Shown one piece after another: positions 11,956 to 25,000 of a stretch of 64,000 nucleotides of DNA. Within the stretch, counting starts at the first letter, position 1. Every line of letters starts with the position of its first letter. The notes beneath the pieces were generated by a model that did no database searches, was not told the DNA's origin, and saw only the letters and a list, made by a program, of their open reading frames with translations. The position numbers and the translations under genes were made by a program. The stretch is taken from NCBI GenBank assembly GCA_965235115.1, contig OZ249437.1, forward strand, positions 5,890,001-5,954,000, in the 5' to 3' direction. This stretch comes from Laetmonice hystrix (lineage: Eukaryota).

Positions 11956-13700
11956 CAAACAGGCCACAACATTCAATCAATGTCCCATTCCATGCAACTG
12001 TCCGGGGACACCATTGTCTATATCCCACAGGATTCATCATGTTACTTAGATCCCCTCAATATTAATGGACCCAACTGTGGGGTCTCACGTACAAATCTTT
12101 GTGGCAATCAGCTCTCTTTAAGTAAAGGCAACCATGGGGGTACTGGTTTAACAGATAGGCTGCTCCTACTACCAACAGTATCCAGTTCCCGACGGATGTA
12201 ACCAGGTACTTTTCATCAAGATACATTTTCTTAGAGTCTGTTTCATCACGCTTTCAAATATTTCACATCACATGGAAAGTAAAACTTTTTCTTCTACACC
12301 ACTGATTAATTCTCTAAATTACCCTATCACAACACTCCGCCTTCCAATCTTCCGATGCCGCCTGACTGATTCGGGGAAGGTTCGTCGTTAAAAATAAATC
12401 ACCCTATCTGAGTTCCCTTAGAAGATATAATAGGAGAATATGCTGGAGGTCGTATGTAACCTCTGCATCGATACGGTCTCCCTTATCAAATTTAAAAGAC
12501 GTTACAGGCAGTGAATGGTCCTATCACATGGACATCATTCATCATTAACACATCATTTGAATTGCCGAGGCCCACACAATGCCATACTCTGGTGTCATAG
12601 CTCTTCCAGACCCTTTCCCAGGCTGGGTATTTTTATCACTGGCGCTAATAGAAAAGAAATTCAAGCAACACGTAATTCCCACCGAAGTGGTATATCATAG
12701 CGTTCAGATTTCCTGATGTTTCAATCCATCTAGTGTTTTTCTCACGGAAACTCCGAAGCCAGCAGCGTGGATTTCCCTTGTGAACCACAGCGATTGGCGC
12801 GTTCTCTTTTTCCCTGATTGGTTGTCTCAGAGAAGGTTGTTAAAAATATTCTTAATAAACGCACGTGAATTTTTGAAGACCTGCCTGAAGGATAATCTAT
12901 CGGCCTTGGATGAATTATAGACAATGAATAATTCGTAGAAGGTTTGGCCATACACGTTGGGAGGCAGCTAAGGTAGTAGGAATGATCACAACATTTTGTC
13001 ACACCAACACGGAAATGCTGACGTATGAATCGGATGACAATGGAAGTATAAAACAAAACAAAATGACAATGATCTTCCCCCTGAGGAAAGTCACAACGAA
13101 ATTCGTCTCGTTTTCATGGCACACAAATGTCTTCTTGTTATGTATACCTTGAACTATAAGACGTATATATAGAGGCGTATCAAATAAACTAAAGTCGTTT
13201 TCGTTTTACCTGTCACAGTACCTTTGTTTTATGCTTTGGGGATTCTGATAAAAGAATTAAAAAGGCTCAGTCACAGCCTCTCATTGTGAGCTCCCTGCAT
13301 ATGGTTATAAAAGGCTTTCTACCTAAATCATATCTATTGAATGCCAATTTTTATTACGCTTTAAATAATCCTACTTCAGACGCAGGCTTCCTCATAAATC
13401 AATGTATGTAGGATGGCCTATCTTTTATTATTGGCATTCAATAAGCCTGTCATTTTTTTATCTGACGTTTTTCATAGTCTTCGTGGCACAAAGAGGCTTC
13501 ATTGAAAACTCTCCACCAACTCCAGTCCAAATCATATAGGAAGAAACAAGAAAGGTACCGGAATACATTTTTTACATCATCAGTCATTCTCAAGCTGTCA
13601 CGACTGGCACCAACGTTGGCCCCACCTTCCTGTCAAGGAATAATGTTTTATAAACCATCAGTAAACAATCCTGACATTAACCCTCTCCTTGTGTTACTCT

Positions 13701-14343
13701 CAAATATAATAGAATAACCCTGCGAACGTTGACTCTCTAAACATTGAAAACTACTGCGAGTAGTGTATCAAATATATACATGTTGTAATAGAATAACCCT
13801 GCGAACGCTGATTCTCTAAACATTGAAAACTACTGCGAGTATTGTATCAAATATATAATAGAATAACCCTGCGAACGCTGACTCTCTAAACATTGAAAAC
13901 TACTGGGAGTAGTGTATCAAATATATAATAGAATAACCCTGCGAACGTTGATTCTGTAAACAATGAAAACTACTGCGAGTAGTGTATCAAATATATAATA
14001 GAATAACCCTGCAAACGCTGATTCTCTAAACATTGAAAACTACTGGGAGTAGTGTATCAAATATATAATAGAATAACCCTGCGAATGCTGATTCAGTAAA
14101 CACTGAAAACTACTGCGAGTAGTGTATCAAATATATAATAGAATAACCCTGCGAACGCTGACTCTCTAAACATTGAAAACTACTGCGAGTAGTGTATCAA
14201 ATATATAATAGAATAACCCTGCGAACGCTGACTCTCTAAACATTGAAAACTACTGCGAGTAGTGTATCAAATATATAATAGAATAACCCTGCGAACGCTG
14301 ATTCTGTAAACATTGAAAACTACTGCGAGTAGTGTATCAAATG
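13701..14343. repeat. AT-rich minisatellite, 70-bp unit, ~9 copies
   Basis: GAATAACCCT recurs every 70 bp from 13791 to 14281. The first unit carries a ~9-10-bp insertion. Confidence 0.95.
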
Positions 14344-16877
14344 GGACGTTTAATACGGGCCTGAACTGTCACGGGTGCCAGTGCAAATAGGTTTAACAAA
14401 AGACATCAGATATAATTCAAACCATAATTCTCTTTTTAGCACTGAAATTAATTTAACTCCTATAGTTTTGATACGAAACGAGGCTCACCTCCTCTGGTGC
14501 GTGCCGGTTTAGGGATGTGGGCTTCTACTCTAGTTTTCCTTGAGGAAGCCCGCCTTGAAGGAAGCAGCAGTTTGGTTACTTTTGTCTGACGTAAGCTGAC
14601 GTCAGTTTGAAGATGCCGTGTTAGGTGCAGGACTTTACGAATTGTTCCTATGAGGCAGGTCCACAATAAATACTCCTCCTGCACGGGTATTGCTGTCACC
14701 AGCTGGTACTCCTACTCACAGCCTGCAACAACACAAAGTTCATCATTCATGAAAATACGGCCTCACTTCATGAATCATTCATTTTCGATCTCCCTACACC
14801 GTGAAACATGATAAATCAGGCGGTGTACAGGCGGTGAATATTGTAAATCTCGTCTTAACTTTCTCCCTTAGCACCTTACTGACATCAAATTTACATGTCA
14901 GACCATTACGTATGGTAACCTGATGGAAGGCGGATGATGACGGATTGAATGACAAATTAGTACTGACACCCCTGTCAATATTCATTGGAAAAAAGATGAG
15001 AAAAGTGTAGCTGAGAATGATAAACAGGACCCTGTTTTGTTCATCTTTCAACAGCCAAAAACATCAAGTGAAATTAGTTCTGTATTTTTTATTAATTTCT
15101 TTTGTAGTTAAAACCTGGAGTCAGATGAAAGCAGTCCTCAAATAACCCGTCCTGTTCCACTCCAACATGTTTAACTTCTTATCGCACTCCGTCTCCTGTA
15201 AATTTCAGTATTTGCTTTAACAATTTGACTCGATAGTTGTGGGCAAGGCAGATCTCTGTATACGGTCCCAAAGAACCCATTCCCTGGCACATTTCTATAA
15301 GTATGTGCAGCCTTCTATGTATCTATCTATCATCATTACGGCCGTGCACATATGCAACTTCCAAATGCGATCAAACCAGTTCAGTATGCCAATATATTTA
15401 AAGTCACACGCACACCCATGTACACTCACTGAATATGGTACATACGGTATGATACCCAATCAGGACGCTTCAAGCAAGGCGTATTTGTTTGGATCTAAAA
15501 TCAAAATGTTTGCCCCCATTTCTGAAAAGCCGCAGCGTTAGGGAGATATCAAACTGCTTGTGTACAGCGAGGTTTGTGATTATAGAAACTTGAGTGAACC
15601 ACAATAACAATTTCCAACTGACCTTTAACTAGCTCATCACCACAGTGGGTGTGTGGGACCGAGCGGGGACATTCACATTATAACAAACGTAGTTTTGAAC
15701 ACCATTATGATATAAATCATAATATTTCAGCGGGCATTAGAGACAGGCATCTCTACCTAATTAACCAAAGGTTGATTAGCATTTTTAGTAACACATCTTC
15801 CTTAAGAGCTGTAATGGTTTTAGTCACATACTACATCTACACTGGCCATTTGTTACATCTGCCAGTTGTTAGAAAACGTAAAATCATTCTGCCAACACTT
15901 CCATATTCCGTGTTAAATTAACGCATACTTGGTTGTTGTCTAATCTATGTGCTCCAAACATTATATTATTGCTATAAGATTGTGTCTGAACAATATAACA
16001 TTTCAGTGAAAATCTCGTTATACGGTATAATAATACGGTAAAATAATAACTGAACTGCTAGATAACAAAGTCACAGCCAGTTTTTATACATTCGTTAGCT
16101 TCAAACAGCATGCTAGACAGGGAGAATGCCTCTGGCCTCCCGATCCTATACCATTGCTGCAAAGCAATCTGAACTGCCTCTCGAAGTCGCGTATTAGCAT
16201 CCATAATATTGTAGATTCTCCGCTAGGGTGATCAATACCCGAATGTAGATCTTCTTTATCCACTGCCTATTATCCCGTCCAGAAAGGCCGCCACTCCTTG
16301 CTGGTTCATCAGTGAAGCTTGGTTGCAATGCAACCCTCCCAAGCTTTGATGTGGAATGAGAGCTCTGTGAAGATTCAACTGCCCTCTGGCTCCTACTGCC
16401 AACATAAGTAGCAGCTTTCTACCCCGCCTACCCCTCCCCCCACCTCCCCCGTGTTCTCAATGTTGTTCGACTGGCAGATATCTCAGTCCATATAGAGCTA
16501 CGTTTCAGCAAATTTGATAGGCAATATCAGATACTCTATGAAAAAGCCATTGGCTTGCTTCCGAAACGGAAACGTCAGGTAGAGTTATTGCCCCGTAAAA
16601 GAGCACGGCCATCATTGTGGCAGAGGACACATAGTGACAATCGAAAAAAAACCCCAAAAAAAACAAACCAGAAAACAAACAATATATAATATATATGAAA
16701 GTAAACCACAGCATTACATTTAATGTTTCTAGAAGGGAACGTAACACTGCAAAATTCTGTAGCAGAACCACGAACCCCCCTCCCTAAAAAAAAAAGAAGA
16801 AAAAAAAACAAATAGAAGGGGCAAACATTTTGACATCTTCTTTGATCTGTTGCAACTCGAGCAGTTTCAACGTCGAA

Positions 16878-19066
16878 GACACGCATACTGACACCGATAG
16901 CGGGTACACTGAGGTATTTTGTAGCAGGCAGGGGTTGTGTGTACTGGCTCTCCTTGGTCCACAGACACGCATACTGACACCGATAGCGGGTACACTCAGG
17001 TATTTTGTAGCAGGCAGGGGTTGTGTGTACTGGCTCTCCTTGGTCCGTAGACAAGGATACTTACACCGATAGCGGGTACACCGAGGTATTTTGTAGCAGG
17101 CAGGGGTTGTGTGTACTGGCTCTCCTTGGTCCACAGACACGCATACTGACACCGATAGCGGGTACACTGAGGTATTTTGTAGCAGGCAGGGGTTGTGTGT
17201 ACTGGCTCTCCTTGGTCCACAGACACGCATACTGACACCGATAGCGGGTACACTCAGGTATTTTGTAGCAGGCAGGGGTTGTGTGTACTGGCTCTCCATG
17301 GTCCACAGACACGCATACTGACACCGATAGCGGGTACACTCAGGTATTTTGTAGCAGGCAGGGGTTGTGTGTACTGGCTCTCCTTGGTCCGTAGACAAGG
17401 ATACTTACACCGATAGCGGGTACACCGAGGTATTTTGTAGCAGGCAGGGGTTGTGTGTACTGGCTCTCCTTTGTCCACAGACACGCATACTGACACCGAT
17501 AGCGGGTACACCGAGGTATTTTGTAGCAGGCAGGGGTTGTGTGTACTGGTTCTCCTTGGTCCGTTACCGTAGACAAGCATACTGACACCGATAGCGGGTA
17601 CACCGAGGTATTTTGTAGCAGGCAGGGGTTGTGTGTACTGGTTCTCCTTGGTCCGTTACCGTAGACAAGCATACTGACACCGATAGCGGGTACACCGAGG
17701 TATTTTGTAGCAGGCAGGGGTTTTGTGTACTGGCTCTCCTTGGTCCACAGACAAGCATACTGACACCGATAGCGGGTACACTCAGGTATTTTGTAGCAGG
17801 CAGGGGTTGTGTGTACTGGCTCTCCTTGGTCCACAGACACGCATACTGACACCGATAGCGGGTACACTCAGGTATTTTGTAGCAGGCAGGGGTTGTGTGT
17901 ACTGGCTCTCCTTGGTCCGTAGACAAGGATACTTACACCGATAGCGGGTACACCGAGGTATTTTGTAGCAGGCAGGGGTTGTGTGTACTGGCTCTCCTTG
18001 GTCCACAGACACGCATACTGACACCGATAGCGGGTACACCGAGGTATTTTGTAGCAGGCAGGGGTTGTGTGTACTGGCTCTCCTTGGTCCACAGACACGC
18101 ATACTGACACCGATAGCGGGTACACTCAGGTATTTTGTAGCAGGCAGGGGTTGTGTGTACTGGCTCTCCGTGGTCCGTAGACAGGCATACTGACACCAGG
18201 GGTTGTGTGTACTGGCTCTCCGTGGTCCGTAGACACGCATACTGACACCAGGGGTTGTGTGTACTGGCTCTCCGTGGTCCGTAGACACGCATACTGACAC
18301 CAGGGGTTGTGTGTACTGGCTCTCCGTGGTCCGTAGACAAGCATACTGACACCAGGGGTTGTGTGTACTGGCTCTCCGTGGTCCGTAGACACGCATACTG
18401 ACACCAGGGGTTGTGTGTACTGGCTCTCCGTGGTCCATAGACACCCATACTGACACCAGGGGTTGTGTGTACTGGCTCTCCGTGGTCCGTAGACAAGCAT
18501 ACTGACACCAGGGGTTGTGTGTACTGGCTCTCCGTGGTCCACAGACAAGCATACTGACACCAGGGGTTGTGTGTACTGGCTCTCCGTGGTCCGTAGACAA
18601 GCATACTGACACCAGGGGTTGTGTGTACTGGCTCTCCGTGGTCCGTAGACAAGCATACTGACACCAGGGGTTGTGTGTACTGGCTCTCCGTGGTCCGTAG
18701 ACAAGCATACTGACACCAGGGGTTGTGTGTACTGGCTCTCCGTGGTCCGTAGACACGCATACTGACACCAGGGGTTGTGTGTACTGGCTCTCCGTGGTCC
18801 GTAGACAAGCATACTGACACCAGGGGTTGTGTGTACTGGCTCTCCGTGGTCCGTAGACAAGCATACTGACACCAGGGGTTGTGTGTACTGGCTCTCCGCG
18901 GTCCGTAGACAAGCACACTGACACCAGGGGTTGTGTGTACTGGCTCTCCCTGGTCCGTAGACAGACATACTGACACCAGGGGTTGTGTGTACTGGCTCTC
19001 CGTGGTCCGTAGACAAGCATACTGACACCAGGGGTTGTGTGTACTGGCTCTCCGTGGTCCATAGAC
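16878..19066. repeat. Biphasic minisatellite: ~15 x 86-bp units followed by ~17 x 52-bp units
   Basis: The 52-bp unit equals the 86-bp unit minus GATAGCGGGTACACTGAGGTATTTTGTAGCAGGC (34 bp). The switch occurs at ~18180. Confidence 0.95.
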
Positions 19067-19944
19067 AGATCATAACCTTCTGTATGGTTCGTTTACCAAG
19101 GTTTAACAGCAACACTCGCCGCCAACTTACGACCGCCTTGCCCACCGTCAGTGTGTTCTGTAGGCCCCTTGAAACCCTTTAATCATGAGGGACGAGCATG
19201 CTTGACCTGTCATTCAATCTGACCAATGAGGTACAATCTTTCCACCTCGACTTATGGACGCTCGGACCTTTAATCAGAGGCGCTGTGCCACCTGCATGCA
19301 CGTGAATCAGGAGGCATGGTTGGTGTACATGGTGTCCCCAGGAGTGGATGAATGAAGTAACCCTGGTCTAATACTGGATCAGGTGGCAAGCTGCCAGTGG
19401 CAGATCTTTTGAAGGACAGCCCGCCTGCACGTACCCGTCACTGCACCAGAACGGCAAGTGACGGGTTGCTCCCGTGTCTCTGTCCCTCTCATCATGCACG
19501 ACTCTACCGGCACTTGGACAAGTCTCATCCAATCCCTGCCCGACATGAAATTACGGCTGAGAGGGTCACCCCCGGGTTAGGAAATCCCCCAGGAAGCCTG
19601 TCACCCCGAGTGGGAGGGCGGGGCTATGGTTGCTGCCCCCTCACCTCCACCCTGAGGACCGAAGCTTGAACTAAATGGATGAGGCCGGTGTCTTCCAACC
19701 ACACCAATCAGAAAGATTTCCGTGCGCTGATGGATCCATTTCACATAAAGACATCCGATTGGTCAGTATCTCAGAGATTTTCCCCACCTACCTACTTCCT
19801 TTAGCACATATTATATCAATGCCATTTCTATGGTCGGCTATGGTCGGCTATGGAACAAGGACCTGACGGAGAATGGTATTCCCTTTCGAATCAGTGCATT
19901 TCTACTAATGGAGCTGGTCCGACAAACCATCTCCTGGTTATAAA

Positions 19945-20141
19945 GGAATACTCAAGATGAAAGTCATCTCCCTTACATTCTATAGCCATAGTCTTCTGGT
20001 GTGGATCACTACGCCTCTGTAGTGGTAAAAGAAGCGAGGTAAAAATGAGGCAATATAATACAGGGCCGAGTTGCATTCCAACTACATTGATTTGACTCGC
20101 AGACCCGTGGATTGACTGTCCAAGGCTTCCGCTGATTACAG
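19945..20141 (-). mobile_element. Degraded non-LTR retrotransposon reverse transcriptase fragment
   Basis: Minus frame AQKAVISG...MQLGPVLYCLIF...CKGDDFHLEYSF follows the order and spacing of LINE RT motifs (Q-x-V-x-I-x-G; QGSxLGPxLF; YADDxxL). Key residues are mutated. Confidence 0.4.
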
Positions 20142-20470
20142 CTTTCTGGGCCTGCATTAAGGCTCCTCCAGAACACCGTACAACCATTTGGCTTGTAATC
20201 CGGCGGTTAAGCATGCCTGACTTCTCCGGGCCTGCCCTGGCCTTCTTTACCTTAAAGTTACACTATCCCTGTGAAGTGTAAGTTAGGAGCTGGATCCGAT
20301 CATCGCCGCGTCTGCCAGGAAGCATTACGTTGACCTCATCCCTCAGAGGTCTCACAGGAGGCCCGGGCCAAGAGATAATGACTACAGGGCTACCTTTGTT
20401 TTTCAGCAGCATGTTTCCGTCACTTTATCAGTACTGGGTTTGATCGATGCCCTGAGCGGTCGCATGCTGA

Positions 20471-20754
20471 ACCTCGGAACTGCCACGCGATTACGGACCA
20501 GAGGAAATACGGCTTCAGAACTTGACCTGGGCTGTCACCGTGATGATGGTCTCCTGGGAACCGGCGGAGTCCGCGGGCAAGGCGACGTCGGTACCGGCAC
20601 ATTCGGCATATGAACTGCACTAGCGACCGCTCAGTGAAGGTGGCCACACACGAGTTAACTCTTGCACGAGTACCATCAACAAGTACCGACTGGATTGACT
20701 TCATATCGTATACCAACCACCACTTCCCTCACCGCCTCCCTAAGGGCTGTCACA
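20471..20754 (+). pseudogene. Degraded fibronectin type III domain coding relic
   Basis: Frame from 20471: PRDYGPEEIRLQNLT..VMMVSWEP...AYELH*RPL...INKYRLD*L, then by frameshift TSYRI...SLRAVT. This gives FN3 strands A, B, C, E and F in order. In-frame stops at 20621 and 20696. Confidence 0.5.
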
Positions 20755-21838
20755 GACCAGCTACTGTACCTGGTGTATTGTTACGGAACCGTTGCGAGTC
20801 GTCGCACATCAAGTGAAACATCCACCTGGCGCCTCATTCCTGGAGAAGTCTCAATGATCGTACCACCTACCTAATGGTCTTACAAAAACATGCTACACAT
20901 TAGAAACGCAAGATGGCGCTCTCTCTCTGCCTCTATCCACCCCCCTCTAAAACTTCTTCTATCAGCTAACAACTTTCAGAGGGATGAGGTTTCTTGATGA
21001 ACACCAATTAAAAGAAATAACAGTCGGCAAACGTAACGGGAGCCAATCACTGGCACATGTGGGGGAGAAGATAATAAACGTGTGGAAACGAATAACTACT
21101 GATAACACAATCTCTACATGAAGGAACATCTAATATAACATCAAAGGTGTTATCTTCTGTTCTATGCTAGCGTTGTTTCCTGGTTCACTTTGCCAGAGCG
21201 ATTTCCTAGATAAAAGCTGGTCCTATACCCACAGGATATTCACTAGGGGGGCACACATGGATCCACCTTTCTCTGACAACAAATGCATGGCCAAAACGGT
21301 TCTTGCTACTGGAGGCGGTGACGACTTAAGTATGATTTGTTTTTACGATGTGGCACGTATAATATTTCTTTCAAATGATTGTCTGTTTTCTAACTATGGC
21401 AGCAGAGTTTTACTCTCTTCCCAATCTCAGCGGTTCTTGCACGCGATAACATGCCGACACAGGCAATTTCATCGCTTTTTGCCGAAAGCCGATTCAGCAT
21501 TGAATTCCCCACCTGCAACCCTTGCCGCTTTTTGTGTATGGCGGTCACACAACAAACTGCCGTACCGCGAGTGCTTGTCGTTGAAAACCTGGCACTGGTG
21601 GGGTAACATCAGGTAACAGCACGCTACCACGGCCGCCACATCTGCTCACATATAATATGTGCCTACGACTAGAGAACCTAGAGCTGCAGCCTGGTCAGAT
21701 TACCTGCACCAGAGGCGTCCCCACGATTTCAAACTTATGGGGTGGTCGAATTCGACTTCAGGAGGGCACCTGGTCAGCAGGTACCAGAAGAAAACGACTT
21801 TATAGTGAAGGCCTCTCTGCGTCTCATTCCATCTCTAA

Positions 21839-22067
21839 TGGGCCCTATCCACTAAGGCCCTATCCTATTCCCCTTGCGACGACCATGCGATTTTTGATTT
21901 AATGGTGGAATTTCACTTTGAAATCTTTCCTGGCTGGCCTTCTCCGTTTCAGGAAATGGGTTCCATCCTTTAATATCAAATTTATAGTAAAATAAAAGGG
22001 TGATATCAAAATCGCATGGGCGTCGCAAGGAAAGTCGCACGGCCGCAAGCTCAGTGGACAGGGCCCA
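21839..22067. mobile_element. PIF/Harbinger-type (Tourist-like) MITE, copy 1
   Basis: TAA TSD at 21836-21838 and 22068-22070. Terminal inverted repeat TGGGCCCT(A/G)TCCACT. Internal inverted repeat CCTTGCGACGxCCATGCGATTTT. Core is ~90% identical to the reverse complement of 49120-49287. Confidence 0.85.
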
Positions 22068-25000
22068 TAATGGTCCACACACACTAGCAACTGTCTTTGC
22101 GACGTTCCTGTGATTTGTAATTTAACGGATAGTCACTTTACAGTATTGCCGCCCATTACTGATTCTGGAAGCAGTTAAACTTGAAGCCTTGATGAGCGAT
22201 GCTTTACGATTTTAAAAAGCTGTCCACTGGATTTGGATGAAAGCGAAAACACATGACGCTCACCTGACGTGTAGTGTACAATCATTAAACTGAAAAAAAC
22301 GCGATAGCTTTCTTGGGTCTGGCTTCACACGACTAATGACATCCGACATTCCTGACTCATGCATGCTCGGGTCCTTCGGGCTCCAGCTTACAACACATCA
22401 CACAGCAGAAAACTAACTCATTACCCAGATATCATTTAAAACCTTGGGCCACTTGGGTCACCATTGGCGGACAATTTACGGTGTCCCCGCCGCCGGCTGG
22501 GCTGGCGGGACCATCGTCTCTCCAACAGGTCACCGATCATTAAATATTGGATCCGACAGCAGACCCGGGACAATCTGAGATTCGGAGGCCATACATCATC
22601 ATGATTGTGATCTACAATATTATTAAGACGTTTCATGGCAGCAATCAGCAATGTGGCCGGTACCTCCCAAACTACTCGGTAGATAATAATCTTCACATCT
22701 TTTGGCCAACTGTCTATGAAGGGTCAGTGAGCTAACGTTGATACTTTCGGGTATCAACAAAATGACATTGATGGTGCCTGACTACGGCAGCCAATATAAC
22801 GACTACGAGACCCTGTTGAAGAATAGAGCCTGGGATGTGGGTCGCTCCTATTATTGAGATGTTATTCCAATCCCGCCTCAGTGAAGAGTTATGTGGTAAA
22901 TAAAAAGACATCAGCCAAACCATCAACCCCAACGTAAGCTTGTCCATAAACAGGGTTATCTGGGTTTTTATTACAGCTTCTCTGTTTCTGGCTTCCAGAT
23001 ATCATCTGTGAAGCGCCAACTGTATTTTCTAAATCGATCCCAGAAGACTACAAAAAAATGTACTTTTATGCAATCTGTCAACACAAATCAAATGAGGAAT
23101 GCTATACTTTTGGCATTAAGGCGTGAAGTAAACCGGATACTTGAAACGTACCAGATACCACGATGAATATTGGCAAGGGTCTCTAAATCAGCTTGTCTAC
23201 GGTTGATGCCTACAAAAACCAACCGTTTACAATTTTCCAGATGGCATTAAACGACTGATAAATATGTATCCTCCATACAACAGTTTATTATTGGGACCAT
23301 AACTCACAGTGTTCTATCAAAGTGATTGCATAGCTACAGTTTGGGACTGCAAGCCGGTCGGATCGATTCAGCACTGAACCAATCCAGTCACACAATCACT
23401 CTCACCATTTGCTATATATGCGCCTGTAGAACCAGAAATCAATAGTTAAACGGGGAAGGTTTCAATGTATTGAAGACTGTGTGGCTCTCTGTCAGGGTAG
23501 TGACGATCAGGCCGAGTCCTGATCCCTCCCTGTGAGAGCCACTTTGAGGTTGGGCTAATTTGAGGCGGGTAGATTCCGAGTCTGATCCGTGCGGTAGGCA
23601 GTAGACTGTGGCTCAGTAAGCTAATGATCATCCGGGAGTCAGGGTGAGATGTCGGCTGGGGGTGGAGCGGCTATTGTCAGCGATATCCCACGATCAAACC
23701 TGGAAATCCAAACTTGGAATCCGGGTTGGTTAGATGGGGACACTTTCTACAGCTACGATCTCTCATTGTGCACGCCCACAGGCTGTTCTTCCGTAATCTT
23801 GAATAGTCATCCAGCTTATTATCTGTTCGCACATTTCATTGACAGATCACTAAGGTGTGGTAAGAAATATTTGCAGTACTTCAGTAGATCAGGAGATAAA
23901 CAGATCATATCATAGTCATCCTTAACGTTAACTATAGTATTCATGCCCAATAAGTAGAGCTTTGCTAGATATAATTGGCTATACCCGTCCTCAGCTCTTG
24001 CACGGTGTAACCTACGAGAGTGTGTTTAAACAGCAAGTCACACAATTATCACCAGATCCTCCATTCAAAATTTCCACAAATGTCTATATATTTTCTCATT
24101 TTACACTTTCAGCGCTTCAGATAAAAAAAACCAACCTCCTCATTCGAAATGTCCAGCGAGCGCACGACGCCTTCCTTTCCTTGCTCCTTCCTCAAAACAA
24201 AGAGCTAGAAACAGGTCTTGACTGAAACCTACAACACATTCTTTCCGTCCAATTGGCGATTCTCCATTCAAGTGGGCTCCATCCCGCAATTGCAAAGAAA
24301 TCGCGAGGAATAGATGGAACGTTGACCACGCTTTTTTTTATAATAGCATGATCACGTCAATAACACATTCAAGAATCCGAATCCACACCCAAAGACGCAC
24401 CAATGCACGCGAATCCAGAGGCAAAACAAAACAAAATAGAAAGAAAAGAAAAGCAATTACCTTAAGTAGGACCGCCCAAACTAACCAGCAACCTTCACAA
24501 AACACCAAGAAATGACCCCCCCAAAAAAGCTCGAGTGGCAGGTTTACTACCATCAAATTACTTAATTGACAAAATGAAATGGGACTTCCATGTAGGACCC
24601 CCACGTCCTTTGAAGATGGCGAGCTGTCTGGCAATTGAGCGGCCACTTTAAGCAGTTTATGAAATGGACTGCAGCTAAAGCCGCCCAATAGGGGGTGTAT
24701 TGAGGAAATACCTACATAGTCTATCTTTCTCTATTCAAAAACATATTATTTTATTCATCATCATGTATTATTGGAGGAGGAATAAACTGACACTGCCTTT
24801 CTAACAGGTCTTAATTAATTCATCATTTTATCTGCGCCGATTCAGCGTTTATCAAAATTGAAATGGCAGGCTCATAAATTGAAGAGTCTGACAAGTTTGC
24901 CTAGCAAACGAGCCGGAAAAAGCACACCATAAGAACATGCTGGGCCAATGCCATTAACATATCAATAAATCAAGCCATGCGGAAAAAATATCCTGATTTG

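Noticed and set aside
13335-13443. 14-bp perfect inverted repeat (TATTGAATGCCAAT)
   Set aside because: Real, but it does not extend into clear TIRs or a TSD. Probably an old element fragment that cannot be classified.
16895-18180. The 34-bp and 43-bp unit indels as spliced-out introns (retro-processed units)
   Set aside because: Neither segment is bounded by GT..AG on either strand.
22440-22630. Viral-type PLA2 (HD-x-x-Y-like) relic
   Set aside because: Motif match too weak, interrupted by stops, and no other viral or Polinton genes nearby.
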